A stretch of DNA of 64,000 bases from a virus (taxonomy: Duplodnaviria > Caudoviricetes). Of the stretch, positions 1 to 8,858 are shown in pieces. The notes under the pieces were generated by a model. The model did no database searches. It was not told the DNA's origin and worked only from the letters and a program-made list of their open reading frames with translations. The position numbers and the translations under genes were made by a program. The stretch covers positions 1 to 64,000 of IMG/VR virus record IMGVR_UViG_3300001528_000699. One strand, written 5' to 3'. Position 1 is the first letter of the stretch, and the number at the start of each line of letters is the position of its first letter.

Positions 1-1
1 G

Positions 2-502
2 ACCTTGCACCCCGTTTTGTTGAGGGATTTAATCAATATAGCGAGAAAGGCGAAGAAAAAGGTAACGATTGAGACAAACGGAACAATCATCAAACCGGAT
101 GTTCTCGGAAAAGGTCATTACCCGGATCTCGTTTCGATCTCACCGAAATTAAGCAGTTCAATCCCTGCCGGTGAATTTCAGCAACAGCATGAATCAATAC
201 GGGAAAATATTCCGGCGATCGTGTCGTGGATTCGGTTCGCGAAACGACATCAATTAAAATACGTTGTATCATCTAACGATGATATCAAAGAAGTTCAAGA
301 TCAAGTTTCAAGAATCGCTTTACGAATGATTGATGAGGGTGTATCGTTTCCTCGCTTAACTGTTTATTTGATGCCGGAAGGTGACACCGAAGAAAAACTA
401 AAGGAAAAACGGCAATGGTTGGCGAAAAAGTGTGTAGAGCTGGGATACTTCTATACTGATCGTCTTCATATAATAATATTCGGGACAGAGAGAGAAGCTT
501 GA
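2..502 (+). CDS. queE: 7-carboxy-7-deazaguanine synthase QueE (radical SAM), 5'-truncated by window edge
   Basis: TIETNGT, SISPKL, LKYVV, YLMPEG and RLHI motifs of the QueE C-terminal half; adjacent to folE and queC. Confidence 0.8.
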   Translation, partial: TLHPVLLRDLINIARKAKKKVTIETNGTIIKPDVLGKGHYPDLVSISPKLSSSIPAGEFQQQHESIRENIPAIVSWIRFAKRHQLKYVVSSNDDIKEVQDQVSRIALRMIDEGVSFPRLTVYLMPEGDTEEKLKEKRQWLAKKCVELGYFYTDRLHIIIFGTEREA

Positions 503-526
503 TTATAACAAATATAAACACGAAAT

Positions 527-1168
527 ATGAAAAAGATAAAAGCAGGAGAAAACATCGCTCTTTCCAACGAGGAAAGAGCGGAGATGTTAACCAAGGCGAC
601 AGAAGCGTACGGTAAGTTTTTGGAAGCGTTGGGGTATGACTGGGAAAATGATCCCAATATGATGAAAACACCGTACCGGGTTGCGAAAATGTTCGTTAAT
701 GAGATCACCTCCGGTGCGTATTCCGCACCCCCAAAGCTAGCGGTGTTTCCGAGCTCGGGTTATTCAGGGATGGTGATAGAACATGGAATCGAGGTGAACT
801 CACTTTGTTCACATCATTTACTTCCGTTTACGGGGTTTTGCAGTATCGCGTACATTAGCAAGGATAACGGGCAGGTACTCGGTCTTTCAAAATTGAACAG
901 AATCGTGCATTGGTTCGCGAAAAGACCTCAATTACAGGAACAATTAACGAAACAGATTCATGATTATCTTTGCGAGGTATTCGGAGAATCCGTTCTCGGG
1001 GTGGCTGTGTATATTGAGGCGGAGCATATGTGCGTGAGCATGAGAGGTGCTGAAGATAATAGCACCATGACAACTCACTATTGCTCGGGCGCTTTTCTTG
1101 ATAACAAAATGAATAGTAGGGATGAGTTTCTTCGTGCTATTCAAATCTATAAACTCGGTAGAAAATAA
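527..1168 (+). CDS. folE: GTP cyclohydrolase I
   Basis: TPYRVAKM, SLCSHHLLPF, GLSKLNRIV, RPQLQEQLT and HMCVSMRG motifs. Confidence 0.95.
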   Translation: MKKIKAGENIALSNEERAEMLTKATEAYGKFLEALGYDWENDPNMMKTPYRVAKMFVNEITSGAYSAPPKLAVFPSSGYSGMVIEHGIEVNSLCSHHLLPFTGFCSIAYISKDNGQVLGLSKLNRIVHWFAKRPQLQEQLTKQIHDYLCEVFGESVLGVAVYIEAEHMCVSMRGAEDNSTMTTHYCSGAFLDNKMNSRDEFLRAIQIYKLGRK

Positions 1169-1171
1169 GCG

Positions 1172-1609
1172 ATGGGAGAGATAAGAAAAATAGAGAAAGA
1201 GATTAGGTGGGTTAAGGCGGGCGACATACACTGCCACTCTTCCAACCCTCGAAGAAATTCGAAGTCAGCGAAGATGGTCGCTAAAAGTATCGAGGAATAC
1301 GGGTATATAAATCCGATCGTGGTTGATGAAGAGGGTACGATCTTGGCTGGTAACACCCGGTTTAAAGCGTTGGAGATTCTCGGAGTCACCGAGTTTGACG
1401 TGCTGGTTGTTAAGGGGTTGACGGAGCAAGAAAAGATCGGGTTCCTGATTGCTGATAACAAGGTGAATGAATATTCGCAATGGAATTACGCCGGATTGCA
1501 ACGTTTGGTTGAACAGGCGGGGAACAAGGAGTCGTTGAAAGCTATCGGGATTACCACTATGCAGGATAATAAAGATGAACTCGATAGATTAATCGCTGAT
1601 ATTGATTGA
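1172..1609 (+). CDS. ParB/Srx-like nuclease-domain protein
   Basis: NPR...SIEEYGYINPIVVD...ILAGNTRFKA...IADNK ParB N-terminal pattern. Confidence 0.8.
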   Translation: MGEIRKIEKEIRWVKAGDIHCHSSNPRRNSKSAKMVAKSIEEYGYINPIVVDEEGTILAGNTRFKALEILGVTEFDVLVVKGLTEQEKIGFLIADNKVNEYSQWNYAGLQRLVEQAGNKESLKAIGITTMQDNKDELDRLIADID

Positions 1610-1610
1610 T

Positions 1611-1949
1611 ATGTTTGAGAGACCTAAGAAAAGATTTATAATGGGACTTGCCGGGGCGATGGTTTATCATTGCAAAGGATCTGCCGCGTTGAAAAAGATG
1701 CTTCTTTTACAAGATAACGATTACTTGATATCAACGTTGGATATGACGGCAGGTTGTGTCAAGTATTTTCTTGACGTGGTGGCGGCGATCGGCTTTGGTT
1801 CGATTCCGGTGGTTTCACCTTGTTTAAAAAGGAAAAGAAGTTGGGCGCCGATAACCCGGGGGAGAATCCCTCTAAAATATCTCGGTCAAGACATGATCGT
1901 TTTCGGGTTTACCGACGCGAGAGCGAGAACCTTTTTATACGAGAAATAG
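1611..1949 (+). pseudogene. Internally deleted, locally frameshifted paralog of the downstream TGT/DpdA-like gene
   Basis: N- and C-termini align with 1970..2878; 1781-1858 encodes GGDRLWFDSGGFTLFKKEKKLGADNP in a shifted frame; the middle ~176 codons are missing. Confidence 0.75.
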
Positions 1950-1969
1950 AACGATAAAATGGTGGCGTG

Positions 1970-2878
1970 ATGGAAAATGATCAAATTAATTTTATTCGAC
2001 CGAAAAGGCGGTTGGTGATGGGTCTCGGTGGCGGGCTTGTGAGTAGCTGCCGATCTGACAAAGTCTTGGAAAAACTTCTACTCGCTCATGAAAATGATTA
2101 TTTGATATCAACCGTTGATATGACAACCGGTTACATCAGGTTCATTCAAGCGGTGGTTGGCGGGGATCGGTTGTGGTTAGATTCGGGTGGTTTCACGTTA
2201 TTTAAGAAACAGAAAAAATTGGGTGAGGATAACCCACTTTTCTGGGCTGAGTGCGAGAAAATGAAGAAGAAATTTTTCAGGTTTCTTCATTTGGGAAGGT
2301 TTAAAATGTGCTTCGAACTTGATAATGAGTATTTCCGGAAAGACGAGGATCTTCTATCGCCAAAGAATTATTTGAGGGATGAAATCAAAGAAATCACGGG
2401 GTATTATCCGGCACCTGTATTCAAAATACACCAAGGTTTTCAGTATTGGAAAGATCTTTGCGATTCGCCCTTGTATCCTGTTATTTCGATAGGGGGTTTG
2501 GCTCAGGGAAGGCAGTGGCATGTATACAGGGAAGAACTTGGGAAGATGATGAAATATGCCCGAGATAAAGGGAAGTACGTTCATTTACTGGGATGCTCGA
2601 ACGTGGAAACAGGTAGATTTGTTATGCCAGATTCCGTCGATTTCTCTATTTTCAGGTACGCTATCAACTTGGAGAAGGCGAAGAAAAATTACCTTGATAA
2701 AGTCAAAAAGGGGGAGATAATTCCGGGAGAAGATGTGTACGAAAGTGCGGGAAAGGATTTGTCAGGTAGAATCCCTTACAAGTATTTGAGCAGGGATATT
2801 GTCCTATACGCCTTCGCTGAGGCAAGGGCGAGGGCGTTTCTTTATGAGAAACAGAACGAAGAAACGATATGTGATTAA
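1970..2878 (+). CDS. TGT-fold (DpdA-like) 7-deazaguanine DNA transglycosylase candidate
   Basis: WLDSGGF, ELD, PVF, ISIGGLA, VHLLG and DSVD motifs typical of TGT/DpdA TIM barrels; inside the que cluster. Confidence 0.7.
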   Translation: MENDQINFIRPKRRLVMGLGGGLVSSCRSDKVLEKLLLAHENDYLISTVDMTTGYIRFIQAVVGGDRLWLDSGGFTLFKKQKKLGEDNPLFWAECEKMKKKFFRFLHLGRFKMCFELDNEYFRKDEDLLSPKNYLRDEIKEITGYYPAPVFKIHQGFQYWKDLCDSPLYPVISIGGLAQGRQWHVYREELGKMMKYARDKGKYVHLLGCSNVETGRFVMPDSVDFSIFRYAINLEKAKKNYLDKVKKGEIIPGEDVYESAGKDLSGRIPYKYLSRDIVLYAFAEARARAFLYEKQNEETICD

Positions 2879-2897
2879 ATTTTAATAAATTAAAAGT

Positions 2898-3404
2898 ATG
2901 TTAAACGGAAAAGAATTGGATCAAAACGGTATTATTACCGGTCATTTAAAGGAAAATTTGACGCAGCATGGTTGTGACATTCGGTTAAAAAGAGTTAGCG
3001 TTGTGAAGGGGCAGGGATTCGTTCCTGTTAAAGGAAAAACGATGTTACCCTCTTACGAGGAAATGAAGCCGTACGAGGATATGAACGGGAACATGGTCTG
3101 GCATTTTGAACCCGGATATTATATGATTGATTTCGTGGAAGGGTGCAATATCTTGAAGAACAAGATGGGTCGGATCGTTCAGAGAAGCTCGGTTGCGAGA
3201 TGCGGGGCTTGGATTTACTCCTCTATTTTTGACGCAGGGTTCAGAACGGAATCGATGGGTACGTTCATGGAAGTATTCCACCCTCTAACGATAGAGGTTA
3301 ACGCTCGTGTGGCTCAGTTCTATTGTTATGATTGCACGGAAGTGAGTGAAAGGGATTTATATAACGGTCAATATCAAAACGATAAACAGAGAAATGGTAA
3401 TTAG
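2898..3404 (+). CDS. Trimeric dUTPase / dCTP deaminase family protein
   Basis: DIRL, QRSSVARCG, FDAGF, RVAQF and YNGQYQ motifs. Confidence 0.8.
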   Translation: MLNGKELDQNGIITGHLKENLTQHGCDIRLKRVSVVKGQGFVPVKGKTMLPSYEEMKPYEDMNGNMVWHFEPGYYMIDFVEGCNILKNKMGRIVQRSSVARCGAWIYSSIFDAGFRTESMGTFMEVFHPLTIEVNARVAQFYCYDCTEVSERDLYNGQYQNDKQRNGN

Positions 3405-3966
3405 TATTTCAGGTGCTCAGTGCACGGGTAAGACAACGTTGATTAACGCGTTGAAAGAAGCGGAACCTTTCAAGGAGAATACGATTTTCATGGGATCTCC
3501 TTCCAGGAAGGGAAATGATAAGGGTGTGAAGATTAATCAGGGCGCTGGCCTCATCGACCAGCTATGGATCACATCATCTTATATCAAGGAATTAATTGAG
3601 ACAGTTATGTCTCACCCTAAACACATCATCTCCGATAGATGTATCCTTGATATGCTATGCTACACGGATTATCATTATTACAATTCTGATGGATTGGAAA
3701 GAAATAGATGGTCCGAGATGAGAGATACCGTGACCCAGCTCATGTTTCACATGGAAGAGTTATACGATTACCATATCATTCTGAAACCTGAATTTGGGAT
3801 AGTGGATGATGGAGTGAGGTCGATCGATCCTGTTTATCAAAGATCCATAAATAATCTATTCGAAGAGAATGTGAAGATGTTGATGGATTTCGTTCCGGAA
3901 AAAATTATTCATGTTACGGGGTCTGTCGAAGAAAGGGTAAAATCCGTTTTATCCTTGACAAGATAG
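3394..3966 (+). CDS. P-loop nucleotide kinase (AAA_28/dNMP kinase-like)
   Basis: ISGAQCTGKTT Walker A, ISDRCILD, DDGVR; ATG at 3394 preferred to the track start 3346. Confidence 0.65.
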   Translation: MVISISGAQCTGKTTLINALKEAEPFKENTIFMGSPSRKGNDKGVKINQGAGLIDQLWITSSYIKELIETVMSHPKHIISDRCILDMLCYTDYHYYNSDGLERNRWSEMRDTVTQLMFHMEELYDYHIILKPEFGIVDDGVRSIDPVYQRSINNLFEENVKMLMDFVPEKIIHVTGSVEERVKSVLSLTR

Positions 3967-4011
3967 TTGGATAATTCATAAACATAGTGTATCTTTATGG
4001 TGTTGAAAATA
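3966..4011 (+). promoter_or_regulatory. Phage promoter TAAAC-N4-TG-TATCTTTA upstream of queC
   Basis: Near-identical to 32535-32580; -7-like box at 3990-3997. Confidence 0.7.
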
Positions 4012-4048
4012 TTAAATATTATAAGGATACACTTTAATTTTTATTTAA

Positions 4049-5779
4049 ATGAAAAAAGCGATTTTAAGTTTGTCAGGTGGTTTGGATAGTACATGTTTGC
4101 TCATGTACCTTCTATCCAACGATTACGAGGTTAAGGCTTATTCTTTCCAATACGGCCAGAAACATCAGGTTGAGTTGGAAAAAGTGAAAAGAAATATTGA
4201 ATTTTTGAAAGGTAAAGGGTTCGAGTTATCGCATCAGATTATTGATTTAAGGGATTGCTTCAGCGATAGTAATTCATCCCTTCATTTAGGTGGGGCTCCC
4301 ATTCCTGAAGGTCACTATGAGTCCGAAAATATGAAATCAACTGTTATTGAGAATAGAAATGTGATTTTTTCTGCTATCATTTACGGGAAAGCACTTTCAT
4401 GGGCGAATAAAACCGAGAGTAACGTTGATGTGTTTTTAGGTCTACATAGTGGCGATCACTGCTGTTACCCCGATACCTCCGAGGAATCTCGAATTGCTTG
4501 CGAGCATGCGTTTAAAGTATCAAACTGGGGCAGCGAAAGAGTGGGATATGAAGCTCCGTTCAATCACATGGATAAAGGTGGCGTTCTCGCTGAAGGATTA
4601 CGTGCGATGACAATTCTTGGATTTGATGATCGCGAAATTAATTTCGTGCTAGGTAACACCCATACTTGTTACAATCCGGATTCGGAAGGGAGGTCATGTG
4701 GAAAGTGTGGCTCATGTATAGAGGAATCACAAAAAGTTCTTATGGGAGATAATACATGGAAAATGATCAAGGACGTAAGTATCGGAGATGAAGTTTGGGG
4801 TGTCGATGAAAACACAAAAAAGATTTGCATTACAAAGGTTCTTGATAAATTTGATAACGGGATACAGCCTATTTACAATATGTCGGGTTTATTATTGACA
4901 AAAGATCATCGCGTTTATGCATCCACAAGAAAGCTAAGACCCCGTTACAGAAAATATGGTGATATGAAACGAAAAGATGCTATGTATATGGTGAAATATT
5001 GGCCTGTTTCATATACAAGAACGGATATTGATAATGAAAAGTTCGCATTGGGATATTTAAGAGGTTTTGCTGAAGGAGATGGAACTATTGATGATCGTGG
5101 GGTTAAGGTTTATCAAAAAGAAAAAACGGTGCTCGAGGAATTTTGGTCCCTTTATGATAAATACATTAAACCTTGTAATGTAAATGTTTCATATGATAGT
5201 GAAACGGATATGTATAAGGCTGGAGGCGGATATTCCCTTATATTTAATGAAAAAACGGCGTTTAACGATAATCCTGAATATTTAAGGGGCTATTTGAATG
5301 GGATTCTAATCACCGATGGTGGTGCTTTTTATAATAAAAGTAATAAATCGTTTGGTTTTGGAATAACGCAATCATTTAGCGCAAATCGAGAAAAGTGTGA
5401 AAGAATTGATCGTGCGTTAAATATTCTTGGAATTAAATGTGATCGGCATCAAAGTAGGATCTTTGGTTTCCTCGAGGAAGGCTCACTCATGCAGAGTTGG
5501 AGGGTAACAAGGCCATATATAATAACCTTGAAATATGGTGCAAAAAAACGTGATGAAATGTTGTCGAAATTAGCTAACCATAATTCGATAAGACTTTTAG
5601 ATCAGGTTCCTGTGGATAGAATCACTTCCTCTATCGGTAACGGTCATGTATATGATATAAAAACGGGAGCCGGTTCGTTTATTTGTGAAGGTTATCTTGT
5701 TCATAATTGTACCGAGCGACTGGAAGCGTTCCAAATGAATGGAATTATCGATCCTATAACGTACCAAAATCATGATTAA
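4049..5779 (+). CDS. queC: 7-cyano-7-deazaguanine synthase QueC, intein-interrupted
   Basis: LSGGLDST, YGQKH, NRN, YPD, TCY...CGKCGS|intein|CTERLEAF. Confidence 0.95.
   Translation: MKKAILSLSGGLDSTCLLMYLLSNDYEVKAYSFQYGQKHQVELEKVKRNIEFLKGKGFELSHQIIDLRDCFSDSNSSLHLGGAPIPEGHYESENMKSTVIENRNVIFSAIIYGKALSWANKTESNVDVFLGLHSGDHCCYPDTSEESRIACEHAFKVSNWGSERVGYEAPFNHMDKGGVLAEGLRAMTILGFDDREINFVLGNTHTCYNPDSEGRSCGKCGSCIEESQKVLMGDNTWKMIKDVSIGDEVWGVDENTKKICITKVLDKFDNGIQPIYNMSGLLLTKDHRVYASTRKLRPRYRKYGDMKRKDAMYMVKYWPVSYTRTDIDNEKFALGYLRGFAEGDGTIDDRGVKVYQKEKTVLEEFWSLYDKYIKPCNVNVSYDSETDMYKAGGGYSLIFNEKTAFNDNPEYLRGYLNGILITDGGAFYNKSNKSFGFGITQSFSANREKCERIDRALNILGIKCDRHQSRIFGFLEEGSLMQSWRVTRPYIITLKYGAKKRDEMLSKLANHNSIRLLDQVPVDRITSSIGNGHVYDIKTGAGSFICEGYLVHNCTERLEAFQMNGIIDPITYQNHD
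4715..5707 (+). mobile_element. Intein with LAGLIDADG homing endonuclease in queC (331 aa)
   Basis: Starts CIEESQKV, TKDH block B, GYLRGFAEGDG and YLNGILITDGG, ends VYDI...VHN followed by +1 Cys. Confidence 0.9.
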
Positions 5780-6572
5780 GATAGCACATGAAGCACCGTT
5801 ATCGATCATGAACAAGGTTCAAAAGATGACGGATTACGATTACGCGTTGGTTCATTTATTCGAAGACCCGGAAATAGGTGAGAAATATCTAAAATTCTTT
5901 TCTGACGCGTTGAAAAAGGGAAGGGATGTCATTCTTGATAATTCAGTTTTCGAACTTGGATCCGCTTTCGATTCAAATCGGTTCAGGTCGTGGGTAAAAA
6001 CATTGAAACCGACTTATTACGTGTTACCGGATGTTTTAAGAAACGCGAAAGAAACCATGAGAATTGCCAAAGAATGGGAACCTATTCCGGGATGCGGTTC
6101 GATAGGGGTCGTGCAAGGAGTTACGTGGGATGATCTCGTTACTTGTTACAAGTTTCTGGTGGCTCGATGTGACATGGTGGCTTTACCGTTCAATCTTCCT
6201 ATTTATTTATCACTTGGAAATGACGAGAATCAAGCGATGGCGTATTGTAAGGGAAGAAGGGCGTTTATCGATAAATTAATGGGGGAAGGTGTTCTTGATG
6301 AATTAAAACCCATGCATTTGCTTGGAACCGTCTTACCTCAAGAGGTGAAACAGTACGAGGATTATCATTATTCCTTCATTAGGAGTATCGATACATCTAA
6401 TCCTGTTATACACGGATTGCATCGTATTCGGTACACGGATAATGGGTTAGAAGATAAGGTTCCAACCATGCTTCATAAAATGATCGGGGTGAAAGTTACC
6501 CCTTCTGAATGGACTGATATAAAGTTTAATATAAAGAAGTACCGAAATTTCGCCGGATATGTTGGTGAATAG
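5772..6572 (+). CDS. Second TGT-fold / DpdA-like protein
   Basis: ILDNSVFELG, LPDV, GVVQG, MHLLG and RSIDTSNP follow TGT-barrel order; overlaps the queC stop. Confidence 0.6.
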   Translation: MIKIAHEAPLSIMNKVQKMTDYDYALVHLFEDPEIGEKYLKFFSDALKKGRDVILDNSVFELGSAFDSNRFRSWVKTLKPTYYVLPDVLRNAKETMRIAKEWEPIPGCGSIGVVQGVTWDDLVTCYKFLVARCDMVALPFNLPIYLSLGNDENQAMAYCKGRRAFIDKLMGEGVLDELKPMHLLGTVLPQEVKQYEDYHYSFIRSIDTSNPVIHGLHRIRYTDNGLEDKVPTMLHKMIGVKVTPSEWTDIKFNIKKYRNFAGYVGE

Positions 6573-6603
6573 ATAAACTTTGTGTATCTTTACAGTGTTG
6601 AAA
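6572..6603 (+). promoter_or_regulatory. Phage promoter GATAAACTTTGTGTATCTTTACAGTGTTGAAA
   Basis: Same core as the 18.86, 27.63 and 34.48 kb copies. Confidence 0.75.
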
Positions 6604-6630
6604 GATAAACATTAATAAAAACACGAGATT

Positions 6631-7212
6631 ATGAAAACATTTAAAGAGATGACAAAAGAGGAGTTACGCAAGGAAGCGGCGACTCGGGGTATTAAGAATT
6701 ATATTATCATGCCAACAGTGAAGCTGATTGAAGCGTTGGAAGAGGATGAACGTCGGAATCAATCGGTAGTCAATCAACTTGGTCAGGATGCGAAAACGAA
6801 GGTTGAAAGGGTTATTGGATTTTATGATCGGCTCGCTGAGTACGGAGCTTGTGATTTATACGCGAAAGTTGATTCAATCGTTGATGATCGAGAGATAACG
6901 GATTTGGAGGATTCTGAATTGGATGAAATTCTCGCTCTTGAGGAAGGTTTCGATCCTTCTAAATTTAAAAAAGTTACCGTCAAAGAGGAGAAAAAAGAGG
7001 AGAAAAAAGAAGAATTACCTAAAGTCCCTTCAGAAAAGAAATCCGTTGCGAGTAAAAGAAACGGCGTTATAGCTCTCAGCAACCCCCTTCTACCTCAAAT
7101 TAAAAAACTTTTGGAAGAAGGAAAAAAGAACGCCGAGATCGCGAAAATACTTGGTAAGAGTAGCGTTTATATCTATAAATGTGTTAAAGCGATTAAATCC
7201 GCAAATGAATAA
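6631..7212 (+). CDS. Hypothetical protein, C-terminal HTH-like, possible regulator
   Basis: N-terminal Rho-N-like helix pair; C-terminal IKKLLEEGKKNAEIAKILGKSSVYIYK; own promoter and terminator. Confidence 0.55.
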   Translation: MKTFKEMTKEELRKEAATRGIKNYIIMPTVKLIEALEEDERRNQSVVNQLGQDAKTKVERVIGFYDRLAEYGACDLYAKVDSIVDDREITDLEDSELDEILALEEGFDPSKFKKVTVKEEKKEEKKEELPKVPSEKKSVASKRNGVIALSNPLLPQIKKLLEEGKKNAEIAKILGKSSVYIYKCVKAIKSANE

Positions 7213-7216
7213 TTCT

Positions 7217-7244
7217 CGAGGTTCCTTTTTGGAACCTCGTTTTT
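7217..7244 (+). terminator. Intrinsic terminator
   Basis: CGAGGTTCC/GGAACCTCG stem plus T run. Confidence 0.75.
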
Positions 7245-7253
7245 CAACGAAAT

Positions 7254-8858
7254 ATGAAAGATTTAATAGAATATCTTAATTCAAATGGATTCACTTACGA
7301 TGTTTCCGAGCTAGGAATCATCGCCATCAACGGTGACACCTACGAGCTATCTTTACCGAACCATGACGGATTCTTTTTCGATCGAGGGTTTAATTATATA
7401 GGAACTTCGATCACCGCTAATAATTATATTTACAAATTCGGTCAGCTATATTACACGTTGAAGAAAGGTGATGAATTAAACGTGAAACTGAAATTACTTA
7501 AATATATAGGAAAAGTTGACAGCGAGATTCCGACCATGTCCTTTCTCGGAGTTCACGGTCCTTTCGAATTATTGAACGGTACCGGGAATTACAATGATTG
7601 GTGTTTGAAAGCTAAATTTTTTGGCGTGGAATACCTCGGTATATGTGAGAAAAACACTCTGGCGGGCGTTTTGAAGTTTCAACTTGCTTGTGAGAAAAAC
7701 GGGCTGAAACCGGTTGTTGGCGAAACGGTAACAGTTTTCAGTGAGAAAAGAGATTTGATGTACGATGTGAAGTTGTACGTGGAGAACGAGATCGGTTGGA
7801 TGAACCTCCTATCCATAAACAAAGAGATCAATGTCGGTGATAATTTAAGGATCGAGGAGGAAACCTTTCTGTCTCTTTTAGATGGTCTAGTTGTTGTTAT
7901 CGATCCGAAAAGTTTAAAATTCGAGGATGTTCCTTTAAGTTTATCGAACGTTTGCTATCAACTTGATTCGGTGAAATTCGATTCGGATGACCGGGATAAA
8001 GCGTATCTTCAAAATCTTCAGAAATACGTTTCGAGCAAGATGGTTGTGACAAGTATCTGTGACGCTTATTATCTTGATCAGGAATATTCTTACCTGAAAC
8101 GGGCTGTAAATTCAATAGGCGGGGTAAGTAACGATTTATCCAGGAATCAGTATTTCAAGTGCAACGAGGAATATTTGATGGAGATAAAGGATCTGTTCAG
8201 AGAGGAAGATTCGGATTCGATGTTCGATTTGCTTGAACTCGCGATAGATAACACGAACGATATGGCCAAACGATGCTCGTCCTTCAAGATTGAAATGGAT
8301 GTGAAGCACCTCCCTAAATACAAGATGACGGAAGAGGAGTTCAAGAAGTACGGTGGTTCGAAAAAGGATATGTTTATTGATTTGATTGGAGGGGGGTTGA
8401 TGGAAATGGGTATACCTGAGGAGGAAATGGATAAGTACTTGGAGAGAATCGAGAAAGAAGTCGGTGTTATCGAGCGAGGTGGAACCATCGATTACTTTCT
8501 TATCTTATGGGATATAGTGAAATGGTGCAAGAAAAATAACATTCTTATTGGGTTCGGTCGTGGTTCCGGGTGCGGTTCTCTTTGCGCGAGGGCGTTGAAT
8601 TTAACTCATATAGATCCGTTTGATTACGATCTCCTATTCGAGAGATTTTTATCTGAAGGTCGTATTGGAAAGCAAGTTGATGTGAATGTTATTGAGTTAA
8701 ACGGTGAGTACGAGATAGAAGAAGGTAAAACTGTTTTGATCAAACGGGGCGAAAAAGAAATGGAAATGAAAGGATCAGAACTCGAGGAAGGTGATATTAT
8801 TTTGAGTGATAACGTGTTATATAAAATTGGAAACGAGGTAAATCATGATAATAATTAA
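7254..8858 (+). CDS. dnaE: DNA polymerase III alpha, N-terminal piece (PHP plus start of palm)
   Basis: PHP-like HGPFELLNG, YFLILWD, GFGRGSGCGSL, DLLFERFL; ends in an intein-like tail. Confidence 0.9.
   Translation: MKDLIEYLNSNGFTYDVSELGIIAINGDTYELSLPNHDGFFFDRGFNYIGTSITANNYIYKFGQLYYTLKKGDELNVKLKLLKYIGKVDSEIPTMSFLGVHGPFELLNGTGNYNDWCLKAKFFGVEYLGICEKNTLAGVLKFQLACEKNGLKPVVGETVTVFSEKRDLMYDVKLYVENEIGWMNLLSINKEINVGDNLRIEEETFLSLLDGLVVVIDPKSLKFEDVPLSLSNVCYQLDSVKFDSDDRDKAYLQNLQKYVSSKMVVTSICDAYYLDQEYSYLKRAVNSIGGVSNDLSRNQYFKCNEEYLMEIKDLFREEDSDSMFDLLELAIDNTNDMAKRCSSFKIEMDVKHLPKYKMTEEEFKKYGGSKKDMFIDLIGGGLMEMGIPEEEMDKYLERIEKEVGVIERGGTIDYFLILWDIVKWCKKNNILIGFGRGSGCGSLCARALNLTHIDPFDYDLLFERFLSEGRIGKQVDVNVIELNGEYEIEEGKTVLIKRGEKEMEMKGSELEEGDIILSDNVLYKIGNEVNHDNN

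Noticed and set aside
8839-8858. dnaE break as a group I intron or canonical split intein
   Set aside because: There is no intervening sequence (the ORFs overlap), and the nucleophile, TxxH and terminal Asn needed for splicing are absent
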